In this document: one piece after another, positions 48,368-57,554 of the stretch
Layout: each line of letters begins with the position of its first letter
How positions within the stretch are numbered: the first letter of the stretch is position 1
DNA from: a candidate division WWE3 bacterium
GTDB taxonomy: Bacteria; Patescibacteriota; WWE3; UBA101185; UBA10185
Direction: 5' to 3'
DNA length: 64,000 nucleotides
NCBI GenBank assembly: GCA_014729135.1
Contig: WJKK01000001.1
Span: 730,919-794,918, forward strand
The notes under the pieces: model-generated
What the model was told of the DNA's origin: nothing
Databases searched by the model: none
Seen by the model: only the letters and a program-made list of their open reading frames with translations
Translations under genes and position numbers: made by a program

Positions 48368-49495
48368 TTATTCCCCTCCCAAAATCAGCGTCACGTCAGC
48401 ACGATCAATAACCGACTCATTACTCCCCAAGGAATAAGAGGCCTTTTCATAAATTCGATCAGGCGAAACATCAAAAAACCTTGCCAAATAGGCCACTGTA
48501 ACACTTCCAACGTCATCCGCAACAATATAAGTATCCGAATAAGAACCGATAGCATTGTCCACCGCCACAACATGGCCTCCCCTATTTTTAACCACGCGTG
48601 CCCCGAAACTTGCCAGGCCGGGCATAGAGGTACCATTTAAAACTGCTATACTTTTTTTCTCCTCTGCAAAAGTGGAGTCGTAGGTTTGCTGCCTGGTGTA
48701 GGCGTCTAAAGCCTCCGTTGTAGTGAACGCCACATGCTGAATATCCTTTGAGGAAAAAGATCGACTAATGGAATAGAGGTGCAAAAAATCACTAAATGTC
48801 ATATCGGTTTTTAGGGAGTTGCGAATGCACTTTACATCAGACTTATCAAAAAGCTCTGTGAAGCTGCCTTCTATAATGAGATTTTTGGAAAAGTCTGAAA
48901 GTGAAGGCTCCACCATTACAAAGCGGTCTATGTCAAGGCCTGTCAAATCTTTTAGGGCCTTTCGTGTGTAGGAAATTCCTGCGTTGAAGTTTGCTTCAGA
49001 GGTGGTTTGGGAGGTGTTGGTGTCGCTGTCTTCAGTGGAAGAAGCGCTGCTATCTAAAGTGCCTAAAGCAAAAGACCTGGAAATTGCCTCCTCCCCAAAC
49101 TTACCCGGCATATCCACCTGCTGATCCGGAGAAATGTCATAAACAGCAAAACTCTCATGTGAGGGGCTAATTAAAAGCACTTTTATATCCGCCAAAATTA
49201 AGGGACTTTCATTAAAGTCTTTTGCAAAGGTTTCCTTGGAAGTTAAAAGCGCTAGTGCATAGAAATCTTGATTTTGAAAGTCTTGGGAAGTGTTGGAGGA
49301 AGCGGACGTGTAACTTTGATGAAACTGTTTGTAAAATGCGTAAAAGCTGAGAAAAAGTAGGAAAGAAACAAACAAACCGCCTATTCCCAGATATTTTTGA
49401 AGTTGCTTTTTTCGAGTTTTGCGGGATTTTGAGGTACGTTTTTTCCTATTAAAAAGGGATTTTTTGGCAGCTTTTCTGGCAGTTTTAGCGGGCAT
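48368..49495 (-). CDS. LytR-CpsA-Psr (LCP) family protein candidate
   Basis: Basic N-terminus plus a TM. C-terminal 'IAVLNGTSMPGLASFGARVVKNRGGHVVAVDNA' resembles the LytR_C domain. Confidence 0.4.
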   Translation of the reverse strand: MPAKTARKAAKKSLFNRKKRTSKSRKTRKKQLQKYLGIGGLFVSFLLFLSFYAFYKQFHQSYTSASSNTSQDFQNQDFYALALLTSKETFAKDFNESPLILADIKVLLISPSHESFAVYDISPDQQVDMPGKFGEEAISRSFALGTLDSSASSTEDSDTNTSQTTSEANFNAGISYTRKALKDLTGLDIDRFVMVEPSLSDFSKNLIIEGSFTELFDKSDVKCIRNSLKTDMTFSDFLHLYSISRSFSSKDIQHVAFTTTEALDAYTRQQTYDSTFAEEKKSIAVLNGTSMPGLASFGARVVKNRGGHVVAVDNAIGSYSDTYIVADDVGSVTVAYLARFFDVSPDRIYEKASYSLGSNESVIDRADVTLILGGE

Positions 49496-49527
49496 TAAAA
49501 ATATTGTAACAGAAGATCAGGCGAATT

Positions 49528-50274
49528 TTAATAGTATTTTTGGAATTCTGTCGGGACTTGCGTAGCGTATGTCACTTTTTTACGTGACAGGGGATGATAA
49601 ATCTCAATTTGCTTTGCATGAAGCATTAAACGTCCAAACTGTGCTTTGTCCTCTTGGTAAGAGGATTTAGGGGCGTAGGTTTTATCACCAACCACCGGAT
49701 GATTTAGTGCGGAAAGATGCACGCGAATTTGATGAGTTCTTCCGGTTTTGGGCTGTGCCTGAACTAGGGAGTATTTTTCCTTAAAATTTAGAAGCCTAAA
49801 TGTAGTTTTTGCGGACTTACCCCCTTCTACAACAGCGAATTTAAAGCGATTTTTCGGGTTTCTGGCTATGGGGGCATTTACCTCTATTAAGGGATCCTTG
49901 AGTTTCCCGTGAGTTAGGGCAATGTACTCCTTTTTTACCTTACGCGTTTTAAATTGACTCATAAGATACCGGAGTGTTTCAGGATCCTTGGCCACTAGGA
50001 TTATGCCCGATGTCCCTTTGTCGAGGCGGTGCGCTAATCCGGAGCGACGTGTGAAAATTTGCTGCGGGGTGGGTTCTTCACTGGAGTTGTTGGAGGCTTC
50101 GGAATTATCGGAGGCTTCATCCGGAGAAAACAACTCAAGATAATCCTCTAAAAAGTCCTGAAGGGTCTTATCTTTTGTGGTATTCGAGCGATTTACTATT
50201 AAACCGGAGGGCTTGTCCAAAACCAGCAACGCCTCATCTTCGTGAATTATTTTAATGTCATCATTTATTTTCAT
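49528..50274 (-). CDS. RluA-family pseudouridine synthase
   Basis: 'HRLDKGTSGIILVAKD' catalytic Asp motif. Confidence 0.75.
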   Translation of the reverse strand: MKINDDIKIIHEDEALLVLDKPSGLIVNRSNTTKDKTLQDFLEDYLELFSPDEASDNSEASNNSSEEPTPQQIFTRRSGLAHRLDKGTSGIILVAKDPETLRYLMSQFKTRKVKKEYIALTHGKLKDPLIEVNAPIARNPKNRFKFAVVEGGKSAKTTFRLLNFKEKYSLVQAQPKTGRTHQIRVHLSALNHPVVGDKTYAPKSSYQEDKAQFGRLMLHAKQIEIYHPLSRKKVTYATQVPTEFQKYY

Positions 50275-50351
50275 ATACTGTCATCTTCAAGTATGATACT
50301 CCAATATTTGCATACTTCGTGCCTCTATTATGCGAAAAAAGACACTTTTAT

Positions 50352-50693
50352 TCAAGTATCATACTCAATGGGGCTTATTAGGGATTTTATGTAGACAAGA
50401 AGCAACAGCAAAAATCCAAGGTTTACAGAAATGTCGGCGTAGTTAAACGAGAAAATTCCAAAAAAGGAAAGCGGATCAGCCACACAACCCTCCACCAAAC
50501 GATGATACAAATTATAAGAACCTCCCAAAACCAGAAAAACCACTCCCAAAACCCCCAAGACTTTCCCCCTCTCTAACAATCCGGAAACATAAAATGAGTA
50601 AACAAACAACCCAAAAACAAGGACAATAAAAAAAACATAAACTTCTATAGAAATAAAGTTTGAAAATGGAAAACTGCAGTTATAAGTCATCAA
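50352..50693 (-). CDS. Small membrane protein, hypothetical
   Basis: 113 aa, three hydrophobic helices. ATGA overlap with the upstream gene. Confidence 0.3.
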   Translation of the reverse strand: MMTYNCSFPFSNFISIEVYVFFIVLVFGLFVYSFYVSGLLERGKVLGVLGVVFLVLGGSYNLYHRLVEGCVADPLSFFGIFSFNYADISVNLGFLLLLLVYIKSLISPIEYDT

Positions 50694-51832
50694 CTAGAAG
50701 AAGCTTCAGAACGACGTGCACACTCACTACACAAATGCGCCTCCGGATAAGCCTTCAACCTCGCCGGATCAATATCCTCACCACACTTCTCGCAAACCCC
50801 ATACTCCCCTCGAGACAACTTACCCAAAGCCTTCTGCACATTCGACTTCACCGACCCCAAAACACGCTTCTGCGCATCAATAACAGTCTTAAACGTATCC
50901 TCCAAATAAGCATCGTCCACCATCTCCGAATTATCCTCCGCCCGACCCTCCTGCATATAAGGATCCTCAGAATCCAACAACTTCTCCTGCTTCTCCAAAG
51001 AATCATTCTTCTTCTGCAAGGTCTTCTTTAAAGAGTCTATTAACGATTTGGGTAAATTTTTTCCTGACATAAACGATTTTGATTTCAAATTAGAATCAGA
51101 TTTTGACCTAACTAAGGACTTACTTAAAATAAGCTTTTTCACCCTCAAAATGAGAACTAACATACTAATTGTAAACAAGACACCATGGAATAGCAAATCC
51201 TCCATGGAGGTGTGCCCCAACAAAATCCCTGCTATAACAACCAGCAGCAGAAAAGCTACGAAAGCAAACCCTGAAAAAATCCTCTTAAGACGCAAAGCAG
51301 AAAAAACTCCGTAAAAAATGAGGAGGATTCCAATTAGAACCAGATAGCTAAAGTCTTTTTGCAGCCCAACAACAGACAGAAAAGCAATAGAGCCTCCAAA
51401 GGCCAGTGCCAAAGCAAAGATATCTAAGATGCGATATAAGGACCACTTGGAAGCGCGTACTAACAAGGTTGCGGTAGCTATAAATCCCAGTAAAAAGCCA
51501 GGAAAGCTTACGCCGGGCTTCCAAATAAGGATAGTGTGTTTTAAAAGGGGCATTGGCAAATAGCGGGAATTGTAGGCATAAAAGGCGCGAGAAACTAGTA
51601 ACCCTGCTACTAAGGAAAGCAAGTATTTGTCAAAAAGTTTCTCTTCGTCAAAGCCGTCCTTGCGCCCTTCCCTCCAAACGGGATAAAGTGAAAATAAAAA
51701 GCCGGCTATTAAAAAGAGTCCTTGAGTATAAACGGTTATATTCCCTATGCCTGCAAGGGATTCTATAGAAGCTCCAAAAATGTCGGCTAAGATGTCAGCT
51801 AAAGGGATTGTAATTTCTGCGGGTAAGTTCAT
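50690..51832 (-). CDS. Fusion: Lgt-like polytopic membrane domain + C-terminal DksA/TraR C4 zinc finger
   Basis: N-terminal ~250 aa with 6-7 TM segments and Lgt-like segments ('QGLFLIAGFLFSLYPVWREGRKDG'). The C-terminus 'CEKCGEDIDPARLKAYPEAHLCSECA' is a DksA/TraR-type CxxC-17-CxxC. Confidence 0.4.
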   Translation of the reverse strand: MNLPAEITIPLADILADIFGASIESLAGIGNITVYTQGLFLIAGFLFSLYPVWREGRKDGFDEEKLFDKYLLSLVAGLLVSRAFYAYNSRYLPMPLLKHTILIWKPGVSFPGFLLGFIATATLLVRASKWSLYRILDIFALALAFGGSIAFLSVVGLQKDFSYLVLIGILLIFYGVFSALRLKRIFSGFAFVAFLLLVVIAGILLGHTSMEDLLFHGVLFTISMLVLILRVKKLILSKSLVRSKSDSNLKSKSFMSGKNLPKSLIDSLKKTLQKKNDSLEKQEKLLDSEDPYMQEGRAEDNSEMVDDAYLEDTFKTVIDAQKRVLGSVKSNVQKALGKLSRGEYGVCEKCGEDIDPARLKAYPEAHLCSECARRSEASSS

Positions 51833-51873
51833 GTGTTAATAATAGCAAAAAAGGGAATTATCGTGGCAGCAGG

Positions 51874-52467
51874 CTAAGCTTTTGAAACATACCCCCCCGT
51901 TCGCGTATCCACCTTAATTTGCGTCCCCCTCTCAATAAAACTCGGGACCTTCACCGTAAAACCCCCATCAACCTCAGCATCCTTATAAACATTACTTACC
52001 GTATTACCCTTAAAACCGGGCTCCGTATAAGTCACCTCAAACACCATAGTATTAGGAAATTCCACCACCATAGGCTTCTCCTCGTAATAGAGCACCAAAA
52101 CCTCCGCCCCCTCCTTCAGGTATTTTGCCTGCTCCCCCAAAACTTTTTCAGGAATCTTAAATTGCTCGTAAGTTTGCGGATCCATAAAAACGTAGCCGGC
52201 CGATTCATAAAGATATTGAGCATTTTTCCTTTGTACAAAGGCGTCCTCCACACGAGTATCTCCCCGATAAGTCATTTGGCGGGTTTCACCGGTAATTAAG
52301 TTGCGCGCCTGAACTTTTACCGTAACACCGGAGCGCGCGGTTCTAATATGAGAGTATTTTTCCACTTGCCAAGGCTGATTTTTTTCTTGAAAGATTGTTC
52401 CTGTTTTTAGGCCTGTTGCTATCATGGGGGTTATTGTAGCATATGTTTTTGGGGGGGACTTACTCAA
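51874..52467 (-). CDS. efp: Translation elongation factor P
   Basis: 'KTGTIFQEKNQPWQV...GVTVKVQARNLITGE' and 'YEQFKIP...GAEVLVLYYEEKPMVVEFP' match EF-P domains I-III. Confidence 0.8.
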   Translation of the reverse strand: MSKSPPKTYATITPMIATGLKTGTIFQEKNQPWQVEKYSHIRTARSGVTVKVQARNLITGETRQMTYRGDTRVEDAFVQRKNAQYLYESAGYVFMDPQTYEQFKIPEKVLGEQAKYLKEGAEVLVLYYEEKPMVVEFPNTMVFEVTYTEPGFKGNTVSNVYKDAEVDGGFTVKVPSFIERGTQIKVDTRTGGYVSKA

Positions 52468-52522
52468 TAGAGGTTTTTCGAAATACTAGAGATTCCTATA
52501 ACGGAGGCGATCAGACGCGCCC

Positions 52523-53257
52523 TCACTTAAAATCCTGGCGAACCTTCTCATACATCACAAGAGCAGCACTTGTACTCACGTTTAAAGAGTCAATCCCCTC
52601 TCGCATAGGAATAGCCAGCTTACCATCGCAACGATCAACTACGTTATCCGAAAGGCCTTCCCCCTCGTTACCTAAAACCAGCGCCACTGCCCCCTGCAAA
52701 TTAGCGTCAAAGTATGTAGAACCTTCCATAGAAAGGGCAAAGGTTTTAATGGCTTTTTCAGAGCACTTTTTAATAGCCGTAAAAATATTCATCTTTACTA
52801 AAGGGATTCTAAGCATTGCTCCCATGGAAAGGTGAACGGTTTCGTCATTTAAAATGTCCTCCTGCCGACCCTGAAAAATAATGCCATTTACACCTGCTGC
52901 AAAAGCGGTTCTAGCTATAAAGCTTAAATTTGCTGTGTAATCAACCCGATTGGTTAATAAAAAGAAGGGCTCCTCCCCTTTTTGCTTTGTTTGAGCTAAA
53001 AGTTCTTCAAACGATGACAATTCGGGAGCTTTTAAAATGGCCACTATAGATTCGTGAGCTTCTCCGCTGCGTCCTTTAGGCATGTGGTTTCGAGCTATTT
53101 TTTTGATGTCAACGCCTCTGTTGTAGGCTTGTGAGATGATTCTTTTGACGCGAGGCTTTTCAGCGGAGTTTTTAGCAACCTGAATTTTTCCTATAGTTAG
53201 GGGTGTTTTTAGAATTTCAGTTATGATGTTTTCGTTGCGGATGGTTATGTAGCTCAT
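52523..53257 (-). CDS. SpoU/TrmH-family RNA 2'-O-methyltransferase
   Basis: 'LVLGNEGEGLSD', SPOUT knot motifs. Confidence 0.7.
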   Translation of the reverse strand: MSYITIRNENIITEILKTPLTIGKIQVAKNSAEKPRVKRIISQAYNRGVDIKKIARNHMPKGRSGEAHESIVAILKAPELSSFEELLAQTKQKGEEPFFLLTNRVDYTANLSFIARTAFAAGVNGIIFQGRQEDILNDETVHLSMGAMLRIPLVKMNIFTAIKKCSEKAIKTFALSMEGSTYFDANLQGAVALVLGNEGEGLSDNVVDRCDGKLAIPMREGIDSLNVSTSAALVMYEKVRQDFK

Positions 53258-53260
53258 AAG

Positions 53261-53704
53261 TTAATTGCCTCCTTCAGCGGCTTTCCTGTCGACAGAAGAA
53301 ACCAAACCGGCTTGCTCCAAAAAATCCAAGCGTACCTTCTCCAAATGAGGAGCTAAAACTTCAGAACTCGCGGAAACAGTCGCAACTTCTCCCTTTGAAA
53401 AAGAAAAATCCGCACAAGAATATAACGTTTTCAACTCCCTATAAACAAAAGGTGATACATAAGGATGCAGCAAGTCCTTCTTAACTAAATCAACCTCTCG
53501 ACCAAAAAGAGACTTAAAATCTTCCTCAACGTCAAAAAGATCAAAAAGACTTTTAACAGGGGTTTCCGGGGCGTACTCCACAAGAAGATCAACATCACTC
53601 CCCTCTTTTGCTTCTTGGCGTGCGTGGGAGCCAAAGAGACCAAGGTAAGTTATTTTGTATTTTTCACAGATATCTGCAATTTTTTGGGAATCTATTTGTA
53701 GCAT
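53261..53704 (-). CDS. Nucleotidyltransferase-domain protein (Pol-beta superfamily)
   Basis: 'LGLFGSHARQEAKEGSDVDLLVE' is the GS...DxD motif. Confidence 0.65.
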   Translation of the reverse strand: MLQIDSQKIADICEKYKITYLGLFGSHARQEAKEGSDVDLLVEYAPETPVKSLFDLFDVEEDFKSLFGREVDLVKKDLLHPYVSPFVYRELKTLYSCADFSFSKGEVATVSASSEVLAPHLEKVRLDFLEQAGLVSSVDRKAAEGGN

Positions 53705-53875
53705 GTGGTTATTATAGTATATGTTGTAGGATTTTTCAGGAAAAAGATCGCGGTGTTGTTCGTATCCTGATATTTATAAAAAGATTCGCGGAAGGAATCC
53801 CTTTTGGCAATAGAGTATGGGCGGTGTTACCAATTTTTGCATAATAAAAAGATTGAAATTTGAGATAATAGAATC

Positions 53876-54448
53876 GTGATAAAAAATGTCGCTTTTGATT
53901 CCGGTGGAGTTTTAATATTTACTAACAACTTTATTGATTATTTCATCAAGAACCTTCTTGAAAATAATATAGCAATTTCAAAGACTGATTTCTTAGACAG
54001 TTTGTCCCTTGCTGAATCTGGTACAAAAAAATTATCAGAAGTTTACAAAAATATTGATGGGTTTGAAAATTTATGGATTGAAGCTCTTGAAAACAATGCC
54101 AAATACAACTTTGAACTTCTCAACTACTATAAAAATGTTTTAGCAAAGAGGGTCGATGCAGGTATTTTAAGTAATGTTGATAGTATTCTTGCAAAATCTG
54201 GAATAAACAAAAACCTTTATAAGATTTTTGATAGCGTAATTCTCAGCTGTAATATTGGATATGCTAAACCCTGCCAGGAAATCTATTATGAATATTTAAA
54301 AAAGGTTAATTTACCTCCGGAGAAAGTCTTATTTATTGAGGACAAACAAGAGTATATAGATGTGGCTAATGACATAGGATTCGAAACTATTCACTTTATC
54401 AACACTCAAAAGACAATAGAGGAAATAAAAAAGATCATACTAAATTAA
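53876..54448 (+). CDS. HAD-superfamily hydrolase
   Basis: 'VAFDSGGVL' motif I and 'LFIEDKQEYIDVANDIGF' motif III/IV. Confidence 0.55.
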   Translation: MIKNVAFDSGGVLIFTNNFIDYFIKNLLENNIAISKTDFLDSLSLAESGTKKLSEVYKNIDGFENLWIEALENNAKYNFELLNYYKNVLAKRVDAGILSNVDSILAKSGINKNLYKIFDSVILSCNIGYAKPCQEIYYEYLKKVNLPPEKVLFIEDKQEYIDVANDIGFETIHFINTQKTIEEIKKIILN

Positions 54449-54675
54449 AAAGATCAGCTTTGTCACGTATTACGTACAAAATCGTAGCTCTTTGGGTGCT
54501 ATTACAGGAAATAAGACTCAGAACCAAGCCGTTTTTGCGGATTTTGGGCATGTCAAGAGGCTCACATTATGTTAAAAGAGCTCGCCTTTCACTTCGTGAA
54601 AGCCTCGGGTAGTTCAAAATGCTCCCGTTCGGTCGCATTTTGATCAACCATCGCCCTCGCCTACGGTGAGGCCTC

Positions 54676-54762
54676 TGGTGGGCGAGGAGGGAATCGAACC
54701 CTCACAGGATTGCTCCCATCGGTTTTTGAGACCGACGCGTATACCAGTTCCGCCACTCGCCC
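54676..54762 (-). tRNA. tRNA-Leu (anticodon CAA), type II with long variable arm
   Basis: Minus strand GGGCGAG-TG-GCG..CGC-G-TCGGT-CTCAAAA-ACCGA-(17-nt variable arm)-GAGGG-TTCGATT-CCCTC-CTCGCCC-A-CCA. All stems pair. Anticodon loop is CT-CAA-AA. Confidence 0.85.
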
Positions 54763-54835
54763 TTAAAAAGTTTTCGCAGAAAACTTTTTATGGTGATCAA
54801 AATACGAGCGTACTAACGCGAGTATTTTGAACTCC

Positions 54836-54863
54836 CGTCAAGTGTAGCGAAGCTACCTTGACG
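54836..54863. repeat. Hairpin repeat copy 1 (cgtcaag-t-gtagc-gaa-gctac-c-ttgacg) followed by gaacaaagcttga
   Basis: Perfect nested stems. Part of an ~105-nt tandem unit. Confidence 0.6.
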
Positions 54864-54989
54864 AACAAAGCTTGAGTTTCAATTCGTTTCGTTTCACAAA
54901 ACTTTTCAAGCTGATCGAAATGCGTAGCATTTCGAACTGCCGCAAAATGTCCGACTTTGGAGGACTTTTGCGAACTTCCCTTAAACTCC

Positions 54990-55017
54990 CGTCAGGTGTC
55001 GCAAAGCGACCCTGACG
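54990..55017. repeat. Hairpin repeat copy 2 (cgtcagg-t-gtcgc-aaa-gcgac-c-ctgacg) followed by gaacaaagcttga
   Basis: Same architecture as copy 1, with two compensatory base-pair changes (A-T to G-C outer, A-T to C-G inner). Confidence 0.6.
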
Positions 55018-55215
55018 AACAAAGCTTGATTTACAAAACACAGCATTTAGCTATGCTTAAAAGGTTTGTACTCAAACCTTTTAGAACCAAACTTACTCCC
55101 AAAGCAAAAGGAATTCTAACATAATCCTTTGAAATCGACATGAGAAATTATTCAAGTAATCTCTTTCTCTCTCACGTTTCACGGCGACTTTCTTTTTTTA
55201 TCCAAAAAGACAGCC

Positions 55216-55242
55216 CTAACAAGTTGCCTTGCAACTTGTTAG
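55216..55242. repeat. Perfect 12-bp stem / 3-nt loop hairpin
   Basis: ctaacaagttgc-ctt-gcaacttgttag. Confidence 0.6.
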
Positions 55243-55344
55243 CCACATCGAAATCCGTGGTTGACGGATTGTCGATGAGTCGTGAAAGTTCGTTCAAAAG
55301 GGATTACTTTGATTTAACCCTACAAAAAAGAGACTTCTCAAACG

Positions 55345-55569
55345 TTAATTTTGCATCTCCTCCAAAACAGCCTCTGTACCCTCGGAAGAAACCCCCTCAG
55401 AAACTCCCTCCAACAGATTCTTAATTTCTTGATCCATTTCGGAGAATTCACCACGCTCCCGCTCTAATACCTCTTCCGTAGTTCTCTCGAGACCCCCTCC
55501 AAGAGCTTCCACTGCCTTAAGCAACTGCTCCCTCCTGCTAGTTTGACCTTCAACATTACCTAAACTCAT
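55345..55569 (-). CDS. Small acidic hypothetical protein (74 aa)
   Basis: ORF overlapping the upstream small ORF by 4 nt (ATGA). Confidence 0.3.
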   Translation of the reverse strand: MSLGNVEGQTSRREQLLKAVEALGGGLERTTEEVLERERGEFSEMDQEIKNLLEGVSEGVSSEGTEAVLEEMQN

Positions 55570-55907
55570 CCTTCCAAACCTTCCATTAACGAACTAATAG
55601 ACTGATCAGCAACAAACTCCTTAAACCGTTGACCATAATCAGGAATCTGCGACACATACTTCCTCACAAACTCCGCCATGCTATCATCCGTTGTCTTTGC
55701 AGGAACAGGGCGATCATCCGTTAAAGCCTTTAAATCATTAAAAAATTGGGTAAACAAATAAGGAGGAATATTGAGTTGCAAAAACTTAAGCGCCATAACC
55801 GTAAAAAGAGTGTCCAGTTTTTGCTGAAGGGTGTCACGCTTTTGATCCGAAATCTCCAGCGAGTTTATGCGGTTTGTAAGAATTTTGTAGTATTCGCTTA
55901 CTTCCAC
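55566..55907 (-). CDS. Small hypothetical protein (113 aa)
   Basis: ORF only. Downstream of abiEii on the same strand. Confidence 0.3.
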   Translation of the reverse strand: MEVSEYYKILTNRINSLEISDQKRDTLQQKLDTLFTVMALKFLQLNIPPYLFTQFFNDLKALTDDRPVPAKTTDDSMAEFVRKYVSQIPDYGQRFKEFVADQSISSLMEGLEG

Positions 55908-55997
55908 GGATTTATCTTAGCACATTTTTCAATTACGAAGCGTAACACTTAATTTCGCCAAGGTTAACTAAATCCGCTCCGTAAAACAGAGCCACTA

Positions 55998-56780
55998 CTA
56001 CTCTAACTCCTCCACAAAACGATCAAACAGCAAAACACGAGAAATCTTTTTAGGATCTATAAGAAAAGGCTCAACATCCCGCGCCAAATCCTTAAGATTT
56101 ACCCGCTCAACAAAGCCTTTCAAAGCCCCCTTCAAATCTTGCAGGGACTTAACTTCATAGGAAGACTCCATTACCGAAAAATCCAAATCCTCCGCCGAAA
56201 TACGAGAAAAAAGATAAACAATATCATAAATATCCCTACCTTTAGGCCTTTTCCTACCCAACAGAGCCTCAAACTTTTTAATAGCCAAAACTTCTTGCGG
56301 ATAGGTCCTTATCTCCTTAAACACATCAAATTCATTTAGCAAGTGCATTCTAACGGGAGGCAGCTTACGCTTCTCAGCCACATCCAGCTGAATCAGGATC
56401 TTTTCGGTTATCTGATCTGAAAGCTTGTAATCATAAAGTAAATTCGGAAAACGAAGGTAGCAGCGATAAACTCCTTTATGAACATTGCGATACTCACTAA
56501 CTAAACCCCTCTTTTTAAGCTCTCTTTTAAGATATTGAGTAAAACGTTCAAACATTTGCTCATTTAATCCTGTAACGTCAAAGTCCAAATCTTCAGAAAA
56601 ACGATCACTCCCATAGACAATTCTAATTGCCGTACCTCCGGTAAAAACCAACTTATCTCCTAAAAACGAGGAAAAAATAAGATCAAGAATTTGATACTGG
56701 AGGTATTCCCTTAACAGAGCCCTCCCCAGCTTCTGCTCCTTTTCATTATAGTGCTGTTTTATTTGCTTTAAAGTAAGCAT
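55998..56780 (-). CDS. abiEii: AbiEii/AbiGii-family nucleotidyltransferase toxin (DUF1814)
   Basis: 'LVFTGGTAIRIVYGSDRFSEDLDFDV' is the characteristic DUF1814 NTase motif. Confidence 0.7.
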   Translation of the reverse strand: MLTLKQIKQHYNEKEQKLGRALLREYLQYQILDLIFSSFLGDKLVFTGGTAIRIVYGSDRFSEDLDFDVTGLNEQMFERFTQYLKRELKKRGLVSEYRNVHKGVYRCYLRFPNLLYDYKLSDQITEKILIQLDVAEKRKLPPVRMHLLNEFDVFKEIRTYPQEVLAIKKFEALLGRKRPKGRDIYDIVYLFSRISAEDLDFSVMESSYEVKSLQDLKGALKGFVERVNLKDLARDVEPFLIDPKKISRVLLFDRFVEELE

Positions 56781-56831
56781 TTTAGATGTTTTGTACAGTT
56801 TAGTCGGTTAGGCGAAAAACCGGCTAAACCT

Positions 56832-57479
56832 TTACTTACCTGCTTCCTTAAACAACTGTGTAAAAAATTTATACATTCTATTCTTGCGTATCTCTGAATC
56901 AACAAAATTAAAAAAGCCGGCAAGTAACTCAGGGTCAAAATTTTCAGGCAAAGTAAAGCGCATAGACTCAAAGTCAAGAGGAGTACTTAAGTCCTTCCTT
57001 AAATAAACAAGATCAAACAAGGCTTTTTCAGGAGTTGCTATTTTAAATTCTGCTGTTGTATTAGGCGCTGCAATGCTCTTCACCTTATCTGCAGTGTAAG
57101 TAGAGGGTTTTAAAACGTAACCTCTAAAAAGTTCGGGCTTGATTTTTTTATAAATAAAAGTGCCCACAGGGGTTTCAATAGTCGTTGAGGTCATAGTGGA
57201 AACACAAGTAACAGTTTGGGCTATATCGGGAATTATGCCATAGTAGGAAAGGGCGTATTCCAAGGAGATATACGAGGGGCGAATTTCATTTGACAAAAGG
57301 TGAATATCTATGTCAGTTTTGGGAAACGTGTAAATACCTTCTGTTAGGCGTTGAAGCCATCCCTTGTTTTCCCAGCGGGACATCTGAGCCCGATCGGCTT
57401 TTCCAAAGGCGTTTTCCACATCCTGTAGGGTGAATGTATGCTGAGTGCCCAGTTTCTCCTGAAGCTCTTTGAATTGCAT
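56832..57479 (-). CDS. abiEi: AbiEi-family antitoxin/transcriptional regulator (wHTH)
   Basis: N-terminal 'FTLQDVENAFGKADRAQMSRWENKGWLQRLTEGIYTF' is AbiEi-like. Directly upstream of abiEii. Confidence 0.6.
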   Translation of the reverse strand: MQFKELQEKLGTQHTFTLQDVENAFGKADRAQMSRWENKGWLQRLTEGIYTFPKTDIDIHLLSNEIRPSYISLEYALSYYGIIPDIAQTVTCVSTMTSTTIETPVGTFIYKKIKPELFRGYVLKPSTYTADKVKSIAAPNTTAEFKIATPEKALFDLVYLRKDLSTPLDFESMRFTLPENFDPELLAGFFNFVDSEIRKNRMYKFFTQLFKEAGK

Positions 57480-57554
57480 GGGTCTATGATAGCACAGTGT
57501 TGTAATTTTTTACAACATTGCGGAATGCTAGAAGGAAAAGCTCCGGATAAACCT

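Noticed and set aside
54790-55040. Possible CRISPR array suggested by tandem hairpin repeats
   Set aside because: Only two units. Unit lengths differ. No regular unique spacers. No cas genes.
55140-55424. 94-aa ORF in the intergenic hairpin region
   Set aside because: It spans a perfect 12-bp hairpin and the repeat motif shared with another intergenic region. Serine/Pro-rich low-complexity translation. More likely non-coding.
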